From Candidatus Angelobacter sp. (GTDB lineage: Bacteria; Chloroflexota; Dormibacteria; Aeolococcales; Aeolococcaceae): a stretch of 64,000 bases of DNA. Every line of letters starts with the position of its first letter. Positions within the stretch are counted from its first letter, which is position 1. Both the position numbers and the translations under genes were made by a program. A model generated the notes under the pieces. The model was not told the DNA's origin, did no database searches, and saw only the letters and a list, made by a program, of their open reading frames with translations. Location of the stretch: contig DATMMX010000012.1 in the NCBI GenBank assembly GCA_035569495.1, positions 176,602-240,601 of the forward strand, in the 5' to 3' direction. Below are positions 19,093-27,420 of the stretch, piece after piece.

Positions 19093-19863
19093 TCAGCCCG
19101 GCGCGTTGAGGTCGTGGATGATGCGCAGGCCGTCGAGGGTGAGGCGCTGGTCGACGGTGTCGATGACCGCCGTCTCGGCGGCGATCAGCTCCGCGAGGCC
19201 GCCGGTGGCGATGACCCGGGCGCCGTCGCCGAGCTCGGCCTTCATGCGGGCGACGATGCCCTCGATCAGCCCCACGTAGCCGAAGACCAGGCCGGCCTGC
19301 ATCGACTGGGTGGTGTTGCGGCCGACCACGGTGGGCGGGGCGGCGAGCTCGACGCGGGTGAGCTTGGCGGTGTGGGAGACCAGCGCGTCGAGGCTGATCA
19401 CGATGCCCGGGGCGATGGCGCCGCCGAGGTAGTCGCCGTTGGGTGAGATGGCGTCGAAGGTGGTGGCGGTGCCGAAGTCGACCAGCACCGCGGGGCCGCC
19501 GTAGCGGCGGAAGGCGGCCAGGGCGTTGACGATGCGGTCGGCGCCGACCTGGCGCGGGTCCTCGTAGAGGATGCGCATGCCGGTGCGGATGCCGGGGCCG
19601 ACGATCATCGGCGCCAGCTTGAAGTAGTGCTGGGACAGCTCCTCGATCGGCCGCGAGAGGATGGGCACCACGTTGCTCACCACCACCGCGCTGATGCGCT
19701 CGGGGAGGATGGCCCGGCTGCCTAGCAGGCCGACGATGAGCAGGCCCATCTCGTCGCCGGTGGCGCGCTCGTCGGTGTGCAGCCGGAAGTCGGCGACCAG
19801 CTCCTCGCCCTCGAAGACGCCGAGGACCACGTTGGTGTTGCCGACGTCGATGGCGAGCAGCAT
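19093..19863 (-). CDS. coaX: Type III pantothenate kinase
   Basis: 256 aa. N-terminus MLLAIDVGNTNVVLGVF plus DRIVNALAA and GTATTFD motifs typical of CoaX. Confidence 0.9.
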   Translation of the reverse strand: MLLAIDVGNTNVVLGVFEGEELVADFRLHTDERATGDEMGLLIVGLLGSRAILPERISAVVVSNVVPILSRPIEELSQHYFKLAPMIVGPGIRTGMRILYEDPRQVGADRIVNALAAFRRYGGPAVLVDFGTATTFDAISPNGDYLGGAIAPGIVISLDALVSHTAKLTRVELAAPPTVVGRNTTQSMQAGLVFGYVGLIEGIVARMKAELGDGARVIATGGLAELIAAETAVIDTVDQRLTLDGLRIIHDLNAPG

Positions 19864-19884
19864 GGCGCGTGATTGTAGGCGTGC

Positions 19885-20973
19885 CTACTCGGCCCCGGCT
19901 GCCAGCGCTCGCGCGAGATAATCCCAGCCGATCGGGTAACGGTGGGCCATGCCGCCGTGCCGCCCGGCGAAGCGCTCGTAGCGGTGCTCGACGCCGAGGC
20001 GGTCCAGGGTCTCGTGCATCGCCCGGGTGCCCAGGTCCATGTAGTACTCGTCGCTGTCGCCGGCGTCGAGGTACACGGCGTGCAGGGCGCGCAGCTCGGC
20101 GGCGTGGCCCTGGGCCATGCGCACCGGGTCGTTGGCCAGCCAGCGCTCCCAGTTGGCGGGCACGATGCGCCCCCAGGTGTCGACGGGAAGGCCGATGCCC
20201 AGCGGCTCGTCGGGGTCGGGTGAGTACGCGGCCGCGCAGCCGAGCACCATCAGCGCGCCGAAGTGACGGCGGCGGTACTGGTCGTCGCCGAGCAGCCGGT
20301 CGCGCAGCGCGACGACGTTGTTGCCGTGCTCCTGCAGGGCGCGCGCGAACTCGCCCAGCTCGCGCCCGTAGCAGTGCTCGAACAGCGAGTCGCCCGCGTG
20401 CGACGCCGCTGCGCCGAAGACGTCGGGACGGCGCATGCACAGCGCCAGAGCCCCGATGCCGCCGCTGCTGTGGCCACTTGCCCCGCGATGCCGCGGCGCA
20501 GCGAGGGTGCGGTAGTTGCTGTCAACGTGGGCCACAACGTCGACGGCCACGTAGTCCTCGTGGCGCCCGGTGGCGGTGGAGTTGACGAACTGGCCGCCGC
20601 CGTACGCGGTGGCGCCGTCGAGGAACGCGTAGATGCACGGTGGCGGCGCGCCCTCCGAGGCGTGCAGGACGTCGAGGCGCTCGAAGATGGTCGGCTCGAA
20701 CAGCTCGGCGTGGCGCCACTCCTCGACCGCCGACCCGTAGCCGGGCAGCACGTAGATCACCGGGTAGCGTCGCTCGGGCTCGGCGTCGTAGCCGGGCGGC
20801 AGCCAGAGCAGCAGGGTGCGGCGGGCGGGGTCGCCGAGCGGGTTGTCGCGCAGGGCCGCGCTGTCCACGGTGTCCTCGACCGCCGTCCCGCGCTGCGCGG
20901 GCGGGGTGCGCCAGCGCGCGGGGCGCAGGGGGTGGGGAACCGCCACGGAGCGCAGCGGCGGGGATGCCGTCAT
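19885..20973 (-). CDS. Esterase-family alpha/beta hydrolase (esterase D / enterochelin esterase-like)
   Basis: 362 aa. Nucleophile elbow GHSSGG. Sequence RYPVIYVLPGYGS... is typical of the putative-esterase family. Confidence 0.8.
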   Translation of the reverse strand: MTASPPLRSVAVPHPLRPARWRTPPAQRGTAVEDTVDSAALRDNPLGDPARRTLLLWLPPGYDAEPERRYPVIYVLPGYGSAVEEWRHAELFEPTIFERLDVLHASEGAPPPCIYAFLDGATAYGGGQFVNSTATGRHEDYVAVDVVAHVDSNYRTLAAPRHRGASGHSSGGIGALALCMRRPDVFGAAASHAGDSLFEHCYGRELGEFARALQEHGNNVVALRDRLLGDDQYRRRHFGALMVLGCAAAYSPDPDEPLGIGLPVDTWGRIVPANWERWLANDPVRMAQGHAAELRALHAVYLDAGDSDEYYMDLGTRAMHETLDRLGVEHRYERFAGRHGGMAHRYPIGWDYLARALAAGAE

Positions 20974-21004
20974 CGCGCCGGATATTGTCGCCGGAGCACG
21001 CCCC

Positions 21005-21033
21005 TTGACGGCGGGCCGGTGGCGACGTACTCT
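21005..21033 (+). promoter_or_regulatory. Putative promoter TTGACG-17nt-TACTCT driving a leaderless or near-leaderless transcript
   Basis: The -10 element ends 8 nt before the GTG start codon at 21042, so the mRNA would have essentially no 5' UTR and no RBS. Confidence 0.35.
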
Positions 21034-21041
21034 CCGCGCCC

Positions 21042-21746
21042 GTGACGATTCTTGGGAGATCAGCCCTCACCGCGCGCCGCCGCCAGTGCCTGGCCGCGCT
21101 CGACCGCGCGGTCCGCGCCGCCGGTGGCGCGGTCCACTACAGCGCCGTCGCCGACCCCCTGGGGATCAGCGCCTGGACCGCTTACGACCTGCTCCGCGAG
21201 CTGGAGCGCGACGGCCTGGTGGCCACCTCCTACGCGCACCGCGCCGGGGTGGCGGTGGGCCGCACCCAGGTCGGCTTCGCCCCCACCTCGGCGGGCCGCG
21301 CCGCGCTCGGCGAGCCCGCCGCGCCGCCCGCCGAGGAACGCGCCCTGCGCCGCGCCCACGCCAGCCTGGCCGAGCTCGGCTCGGTGCGCGCCGCCCTCGC
21401 GGCGGTCGATCGCGGCTCGCGCGGGCTCGACATCACCAGCCACCTCGCCTTCTGGCTCAGCCAGGCCGAGCGCCTGCCGGGCCGCACCCGCGCCGGCCTG
21501 CGCCAGGTGCTGCGCACCGCCCCGGAGGCGGCCACCGCGCTGTCGATGTTCGTCGCCGGGGTGTACGGCGCGGCCAGCGCGGAGAGCGCCGAGGTGGCCG
21601 ACGCCCTGGCCGCCGAGGTGGGCGCCTTCCAGCGCCGCCTGGCCCGCACCACCGCCGCCCGCCGCGAGCGCCTGGCCCGCTCGCTGGCCTCACTTCTCGA
21701 CCACCTCGCCGTCTCCACGGACGCGGCACCGCAGACCGGCGCATGA
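21042..21746 (+). CDS. Hypothetical protein, possibly a winged-helix regulator
   Basis: 234 aa with a GTG start. The segment ISAWTAYDLLRELERDGLV resembles a wHTH recognition helix. No confident family assignment. Confidence 0.5.
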   Translation: MTILGRSALTARRRQCLAALDRAVRAAGGAVHYSAVADPLGISAWTAYDLLRELERDGLVATSYAHRAGVAVGRTQVGFAPTSAGRAALGEPAAPPAEERALRRAHASLAELGSVRAALAAVDRGSRGLDITSHLAFWLSQAERLPGRTRAGLRQVLRTAPEAATALSMFVAGVYGAASAESAEVADALAAEVGAFQRRLARTTAARRERLARSLASLLDHLAVSTDAAPQTGA

Positions 21747-21782
21747 CCCCGCGCCGCCGCATTTCTTGGGAGTAGCAGACCG

Positions 21783-22631
21783 ATGGCAGGCATCCGCTTC
21801 GTCGCCGACAGCACCCACGACCTGGCCGGCTGGGCCGGCGAGCACGGCGTCACCACCGTCCCCCTCAAGGTGATCTTCGGCGACGAGGTGCTGGTTGACG
21901 GCGTCGACATCACCGCCACCGCCTTCTACGAGCGCATGCGCTCGGCGACCAGGAACCCGACCACCTCGCAGCCGACCCCCGCGGAGTTCGAGGCGGCCTT
22001 CCGCGACGCGGCGGCGGACGGGTCGAGCGTGGTGTGCACCACCATCTCCGCGGAGATGAGCGGCACCTACGGCGCGGCCCTGACGGCGCGCGAGGCGCTG
22101 CCCGAGCTGGACATCCACGTCATCGACACGCGCAGCGTCAGCCTGGGTCACGCGGGGGTGCTGCGCGCCGCGGTGGAGACCGCCGAGTCGGGCGGGAAAC
22201 TGCAGGACGTGCTCAATACGGTCGACGAGGTGATGCGCCGGCAGCGCACGGTGTTCATCGTGGAGACGCTGGAGTATCTGCGCCGCGGCGGGCGCATCGG
22301 CGGGGCGCGGGCGCTGCTCGGCTCGGTGCTGAACATCAAGCCGGTGCTGCAGATTCTCGACGGGCGCATCGAGCCCTTCGACCGGGTGCGCACCTATGCG
22401 CGGGCGCTCGATCGCATGTGCGCGGAGGTGATCTCGGCGACCGGCGAGGCGGGGCGGCCGGCGCGCGTGGTGCTGGGGCACGCGGACAAGCTGGAGGACT
22501 GCCAGATGATCGCGCGGCGGCTCGCCCCGCACAGTGATGGGGAGCCGGAGATCATCGAGATCGGGCCGATCGTCGGGGCGCATGCGGGGCCGGGGACGCT
22601 CGGGCTGTCGTTCTACCTGCCGCCCAGGTAG
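21783..22631 (+). CDS. DegV family fatty-acid-binding protein
   Basis: 282 aa. Sequence IRFVADSTHDL...VPLKVIFGDEV..., consistent with the DegV/DhaL-like fold. Confidence 0.9.
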   Translation: MAGIRFVADSTHDLAGWAGEHGVTTVPLKVIFGDEVLVDGVDITATAFYERMRSATRNPTTSQPTPAEFEAAFRDAAADGSSVVCTTISAEMSGTYGAALTAREALPELDIHVIDTRSVSLGHAGVLRAAVETAESGGKLQDVLNTVDEVMRRQRTVFIVETLEYLRRGGRIGGARALLGSVLNIKPVLQILDGRIEPFDRVRTYARALDRMCAEVISATGEAGRPARVVLGHADKLEDCQMIARRLAPHSDGEPEIIEIGPIVGAHAGPGTLGLSFYLPPR

Positions 22632-22685
22632 GCGAAGCGCGAGGTGCGCCGCCGCGCGGGGCGGGGCGTGCGACCATGAATCACC

Positions 22686-23057
22686 ATGCCCCGACGCCGC
22701 CGCGACCTGCACTGCCCCAACGGCTGCCCTGACGGGACCTTCGAAGCGCTCAACGCGCCGCTGATCGTCGATCGCAGCGCCGCGTACCTGCGCCACGACG
22801 ACCGCGCCGCCACCTACCGGTGCACGTCGTGCAGCTCGGTGGCGGTCGACCTGTGGGCGGCGGCGCGCGAGATGCAGCACGACCGCACCGCCGCGCCGCT
22901 GACGCTGACCTGCCCCGCCTGCGCCACGATGATGCTGCCGCCCGTGGACGATCCGCTGGCCACCGTGGTCGAGTGCCCGCAGTGCGGCCAGCAGTTCGCG
23001 GTCGAGGAGGGCATGCCCCACCTCCACGGCGGCGGCGGCGCGGACGGCGACCTCTAG
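22686..23057 (+). CDS. Small cysteine-rich protein (predicted double zinc ribbon)
   Basis: 123 aa with four C-x2-C pairs: CPNGC, CTSCSS, CPAC, CPQC. Confidence 0.5.
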   Translation: MPRRRRDLHCPNGCPDGTFEALNAPLIVDRSAAYLRHDDRAATYRCTSCSSVAVDLWAAAREMQHDRTAAPLTLTCPACATMMLPPVDDPLATVVECPQCGQQFAVEEGMPHLHGGGGADGDL

Positions 23058-23064
23058 TCCACCG

Positions 23065-24036
23065 CTAGCTGCACGGCCCCCCGCACTGCCGCGTCGCCCC
23101 CGAGTTGGGGTCGAGCATCAGCGAGGACTCGTCCACCGCCTCGAACGACGCCGCTGGAATCGTCTTCAGCTCGGCGATCAGCGCGTCCGGCCAGCGCGAG
23201 TCCTGGGTGCCCTGGAAGAACCAGTTGCTGCCATTGTCGGCAAGAATCAGCCCGTAGTGCTTCATGCCCTCGATGATCGTCCGCGCCGCGGCGCTGTACG
23301 TCGACTCGTCGAACGTCGACTGCAGGCGGAAGCGCTCGCCCATCGGCGGGAAGACCGGCCCGGTGGTGCCCGCCTGGTGGCGCGCCGGCCAGACGAAGGC
23401 GTTCTGGGTGTGCACCATGGTGAAGCGGATGGCGTGGTCGACCTTGCCGGCGAGCACCTCGTCGTAGGAGAGCAGGCCGGGGAGGATCGGCAGTCCCGCC
23501 GCGTCGGCGCTGGTCCACGTTGCCGGGCGCAGCGCGTCGGAGCTCAGGGGGAACACCGCGCCGGAGCCGCCGGTGTACGGCGAAGTGGCGAGCTGCGCAT
23601 GCCACACCTCGTACAGCGTGCACGTGTCCCGGTTGACGGTGAGGGCGTGGTCGTCGCCGCCGTCGTTGGGCGTGCCCTCGATCTTCAGGTCGGCGCCGAC
23701 CGGGTACGGACCGGGGTCGCTCTCCGAGGCGTACTGGAACTGCAGCGTCCCGGTGGCGCGGGTGTTGTCGACCACGTTGAACGGCATGCCGTATGGATAG
23801 GCGCCGAAGTCGGGGTGCAGCTTGAGCGCGGCGCTGCCCGAGGTGGCCAGGTAGAGCGGGCCGCTGGGGTCGAGGGGCAGCTTGGAGACGTCGGCGTGCC
23901 AGACGTTGTCGGCGGGCAGCAGGTTGCACGCCGTGCCCGGCACGACCGCGGCGCGCGCGCCCAGGGGCAGGGCGTTGAGCGCGATCGCGCTGCAGGTGGC
24001 GACGGTGAGGGCGCGGCGGCGCTTTCGCTGGGTCAT
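23065..24036 (-). CDS. Secreted hypothetical protein
   Basis: 323 aa. Signal peptide (MTQRKRRRALTVATCSAIALNALPLGARAAV). No recognised domain. First gene of the accessory block. Confidence 0.55.
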   Translation of the reverse strand: MTQRKRRRALTVATCSAIALNALPLGARAAVVPGTACNLLPADNVWHADVSKLPLDPSGPLYLATSGSAALKLHPDFGAYPYGMPFNVVDNTRATGTLQFQYASESDPGPYPVGADLKIEGTPNDGGDDHALTVNRDTCTLYEVWHAQLATSPYTGGSGAVFPLSSDALRPATWTSADAAGLPILPGLLSYDEVLAGKVDHAIRFTMVHTQNAFVWPARHQAGTTGPVFPPMGERFRLQSTFDESTYSAAARTIIEGMKHYGLILADNGSNWFFQGTQDSRWPDALIAELKTIPAASFEAVDESSLMLDPNSGATRQCGGPCS

Positions 24037-24079
24037 GGCGTCCCTTCCAAGGTCGAACGTGCGGCCCGCGCCGACGACT

Positions 24080-24814
24080 CTACAGGTCGGGGAGCAGCCC
24101 CACGGTGGCCTCGACCGGGCCCGCGGACTCGTCGCCGCTGCGCGCCCAGTAGCGCGAGAAGCAGCCGTCGAAACTCCAGATCCTGCCGCCGTGCGACGCC
24201 ACCGGGCGGTCGCTGTGATGCGGCGTGTGGCCGTGCACCACGCGGGTGGCGTCGAAGTGCTGCAGGTGGGCGTCGAGGCGCTCGGGGTCGTGGAAGGCGC
24301 GGCGGCCGACGGTGTACCAGAACACGTCCCACGCGCCCTGCGGCCGGGCCAGCATCTCGCGCCCCGCGGCGTTGACGCTCTCGACGTCGTTGCCGAGGCG
24401 GGCGTAGGCGTCGTGGTCGCAGTGCTGCACCAGGGTGCCGTCGGGGAGGCGGAGCATCAGCGGCAGCGAGCGCAGCCAGTCCTCCAGGCCGGGGTCACCG
24501 GCGACCTCGCGCAGGTCGGCCCAGTCGCCGCGGCGCCACAGCCAGACGTCGGCCAGCGAGGCGCGGCCGAACTCGACCACCTTGGGCGGCGTCCAGCCGG
24601 TGCGCACCTCTTCGAGGACGCCGAGCAGGAGCAGGTCGTGGTTGCCCAGCACCGACTGCGCGTTGCCGCGGCTGCGGGCGATGCGGGCGGCCCGCGCGCC
24701 ACCGCCCTCCCCCGGCGGACCGCCCTGGAAGAAGTCGCCGACGAAGACGGTGTCAACCTCGTCCTCGGGGTACGGGCGCAGCGCGGACTCGAGGCGCTCG
24801 GCGTCGCCCTGGAC
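24080..24814 (-). CDS. Metallophosphoesterase (calcineurin-like phosphatase)
   Basis: Internal start MVRPLLIVGDVQGD. Motifs GDxxD...GNHD...GHTP are present. The ORF to 25093 is an over-extension. Confidence 0.8.
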   Translation of the reverse strand, partial: VQGDAERLESALRPYPEDEVDTVFVGDFFQGGPPGEGGGARAARIARSRGNAQSVLGNHDLLLLGVLEEVRTGWTPPKVVEFGRASLADVWLWRRGDWADLREVAGDPGLEDWLRSLPLMLRLPDGTLVQHCDHDAYARLGNDVESVNAAGREMLARPQGAWDVFWYTVGRRAFHDPERLDAHLQHFDATRVVHGHTPHHSDRPVASHGGRIWSFDGCFSRYWARSGDESAGPVEATVGLLPDL

Positions 24815-24920
24815 GTCGCCGACGATCAGCAGGGGGCGAACCATGTGCTGCCGAGCATACCGCTCGGCGGCGGGAGGGCCCGGTGAACCCCGCCGTTCAC
24901 CGGACCGCAGAGCGCAGAGG

Positions 24921-27344
24921 TCAGATCGCGGCCATTCCCACCATCGGCGCGTTGAGCGTCTGCCCGCCCATCGAGCCGAAGCCGATGGCGTCGCCGAAGG
25001 GGAAGATGCCGCCGTCGGAGGCGACCAGCCAGTAGCCGCGCCCGGACGGCGAGGACGCCATGCCGACCACCGGCTTGTTGAGGTGCATGGCACCCGTGGA
25101 GCCGAAGCCGCCGGCGTCGCCGAACGGGAAGATGCCGCCGTCTGCGGCGACCAGCCAGTAGCCGCCGCCGTCTGGAGTCGCCGCCATGCCGACCACCGGC
25201 TGGTTGAGCCGCAGGTTGCCGGTCGAGCCGAGGCCCTGCGCGGCGTCGCCGAAGGGGAAGATGCCGCCGTCCGCGGCGACCAGCCAGTACCCCTTGCCGG
25301 TGGGCGTCGCCGCCATGCCGACGATCGGCTGGTTGAGGTGCTTGCCGCCCATCGAGCCGAGGCCCTGGGCGGCGTCGCCGAAGGGCCAGACGCCGCCGTC
25401 CGAGGCGACCAGCCAGTAGCCCCTACCGGTGGGCGTCGCGGCCATGCCGACGATCGGCCGGTTGAGCCGCAGGTTGCCCGTCGAGCCGAGGCCCTGGGCG
25501 GCGTTGCCGAAGGGCCAGATGCCGCCGTCGGCGGCGACCAGCCAGTAGCCCTGGCCGTCGGGGGATGTCGCCATGCCGACGATCGGCTGGTTGAGGTGCT
25601 GGCCGCCGGTGGAGCCGAAGAATGGCGCGCCGCCGAAGCCGAAGATGCCGCCGTCGGAGGCCACCGTCCAGTAGTAGGGGGCCAGCTCGAAGGCGCCGAT
25701 ATCGCAGCGCGGACCCTGGGGACGGTTCACGCCGCGCTGGTCGGTGCGCGCGCAGGAGCCGTCGCCGGCGTCGATGGCGGGGCTGTTGACCAGCAGCGAC
25801 ATGGTCGGCGTCGGGCCGCCGTTGGCGTTCAGCGGGCCGAGGTGGGCGTCGCGGTTGCTGAGGTCGCCGGGACCGGCCAGGGTGCAGGTGCCGTCGCTGT
25901 CGATGTTGTGGCCGCGGGAGCGCACGCCCAGGCCGCTCCCACAGTTTCCGCCGCTGTTGGCAGCAACGATGCTGTCCTCGGCGACGATCTGCGGGTTCTC
26001 TCCGCCGTTGTTCTGGGGGGCGACGCCACCGTTGCGGTTGGCGGCCACGGTGACGTTGAGCAGGCTGGCCGGCCAGTGCACGACCAGGCCGCCACCGCCG
26101 CCGCTCGCGGAGTTGCCGGTGACGGTGTCGTCGGTGAGGCTGACACCCTGCGCCTCGACGGCGATGCCGCCGCCCATGCCGCCGGCGCTGTTGGAGTCGA
26201 CGGTCGAGCGCTGCACGTCGAGGCTGGTGGCGAAGTGCATGATGCCGCCGCCGTCGCCGTCGCTGCGGTTGTGAGTGACGATCGAGTCGACGATCGACAG
26301 CGAGGTCTCGTTGTCGGCGCCGCCGCCGTAGCCGGTGGCGTGGTTGCTCTGCAGGACGCTGCGGGTGACCTGGCCGTTGCCGCGGTTGGAGAGGCCGCCG
26401 CCGAACGGGGCCCCGTTGTCGGCCAGCGTGCTGTCCGAGATCGAGGTGGTGCCGTTGTTGTCGACGCCGCCGCCGCCGAACGAGCCGCCGCCGTTGGCCT
26501 GGGCGCCGTTGTGGTCGATGAAGTCGTTCTCCAGGTGCGCCGCGCCGTCGACGAAGACGCCGCCGCCGGTGGCGTTGGCGGTGTTGAGCACCACCCGCGA
26601 GTGCAGCAGCCAGAGCTGGCCGCTGTCGGCGATGCCGCCGCCGCTGCCGGCCGAGTTGGCCGCGTTGATCGCGGTGGTGCTGCTGCGCACCACCACTCCG
26701 TCGAGCAGGGCCGACGAGTTGCTGTCGACGAGCACGCCGCCGCCGTTGGTCGGATTGGAGCTGCCGTCCAGCGGCGCCGCGCCGTTCTGGATGGTCAGCG
26801 CCTGGATCGTCACCAGTGAGCCGTTGCCGTTGCCGGTGCCGTCGCCGACGTGGAAGACGCGCGAGGCGCCGTTGCCGTCGACAAGGGTGGCGCCCTGGCC
26901 GGCGCCGGCGATGTCCATGCCCGCCGGGGCGGTGACCTGCAGCTCGCCGAGGGTCAGCGTGTAGGTGCCCGCGGGCACGACGATGGCGGTGAGCCCGCTG
27001 TCGGCGTTGGCTTCCTCCACGGCGGCGCGCAGCGTGCACTGGCCGGCGGCGGAGCAGATGCCGTCACCGACCGTGGTGTCATGTGCGTCGGTCGTGGAGT
27101 TGACGGTGAAGGTCCGCGAGGGCGTCACCGCCGTCTTCGGCCGCGCCGCGAGGGCCGGCGGGGTCGAGGTGCGCGGCTGCGGCGTGGTGTGGCTGTGCGC
27201 GGACGGCACCGGCGCGGCCGCCGCGGTCAGCGTCGACGGCGCGCCGAGCACCATCCACATCGCCACCGCGCCCGGCGCCGCCGCCGCCACGAGCCGCCGG
27301 GCGCGCGAGGCCCTCGTTCCATGTCCAGGACTCCAGGGGGTCAT
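24921..27344 (-). CDS. Secreted parallel beta-helix protein with a CSLREA-type N-terminal domain and six C-terminal 47-aa tandem repeats
   Basis: ATG at 27344 with an upstream GGAGAA. The signal peptide is followed by the GQCTLRAAVEEAN motif (CSLREA-like), then Gly/Asn-rich beta-helix rungs and a CDIGAFE motif. The C-terminus has six copies of ...GYWLVA(A/S)DGGIFPFGDA.QGLGSTG.LRLNQPIVGMAATP... Confidence 0.8.
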   Translation of the reverse strand: MTPWSPGHGTRASRARRLVAAAAPGAVAMWMVLGAPSTLTAAAAPVPSAHSHTTPQPRTSTPPALAARPKTAVTPSRTFTVNSTTDAHDTTVGDGICSAAGQCTLRAAVEEANADSGLTAIVVPAGTYTLTLGELQVTAPAGMDIAGAGQGATLVDGNGASRVFHVGDGTGNGNGSLVTIQALTIQNGAAPLDGSSNPTNGGGVLVDSNSSALLDGVVVRSSTTAINAANSAGSGGGIADSGQLWLLHSRVVLNTANATGGGVFVDGAAHLENDFIDHNGAQANGGGSFGGGGVDNNGTTSISDSTLADNGAPFGGGLSNRGNGQVTRSVLQSNHATGYGGGADNETSLSIVDSIVTHNRSDGDGGGIMHFATSLDVQRSTVDSNSAGGMGGGIAVEAQGVSLTDDTVTGNSASGGGGGLVVHWPASLLNVTVAANRNGGVAPQNNGGENPQIVAEDSIVAANSGGNCGSGLGVRSRGHNIDSDGTCTLAGPGDLSNRDAHLGPLNANGGPTPTMSLLVNSPAIDAGDGSCARTDQRGVNRPQGPRCDIGAFELAPYYWTVASDGGIFGFGGAPFFGSTGGQHLNQPIVGMATSPDGQGYWLVAADGGIWPFGNAAQGLGSTGNLRLNRPIVGMAATPTGRGYWLVASDGGVWPFGDAAQGLGSMGGKHLNQPIVGMAATPTGKGYWLVAADGGIFPFGDAAQGLGSTGNLRLNQPVVGMAATPDGGGYWLVAADGGIFPFGDAGGFGSTGAMHLNKPVVGMASSPSGRGYWLVASDGGIFPFGDAIGFGSMGGQTLNAPMVGMAAI
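24925..25650. repeat. Tandem direct repeat, 141-bp unit, about 6 near-identical copies (coding)
   Basis: The unit gccatgccgaccaccggctggttgag...gccgccgtc.gcggcgaccagccagtagcc... recurs with only a few substitutions per copy. It encodes the 47-aa GYWLVAADGGIFPFGDA repeats. Confidence 0.85.
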
Positions 27345-27420
27345 CCAGTTCTCCGGTTGGGGGGGTTGGCCGTCCGGCCGGGCGTGGGGGCGCCCGGCCG
27401 GAGGCGATGGGTCAGATGGG

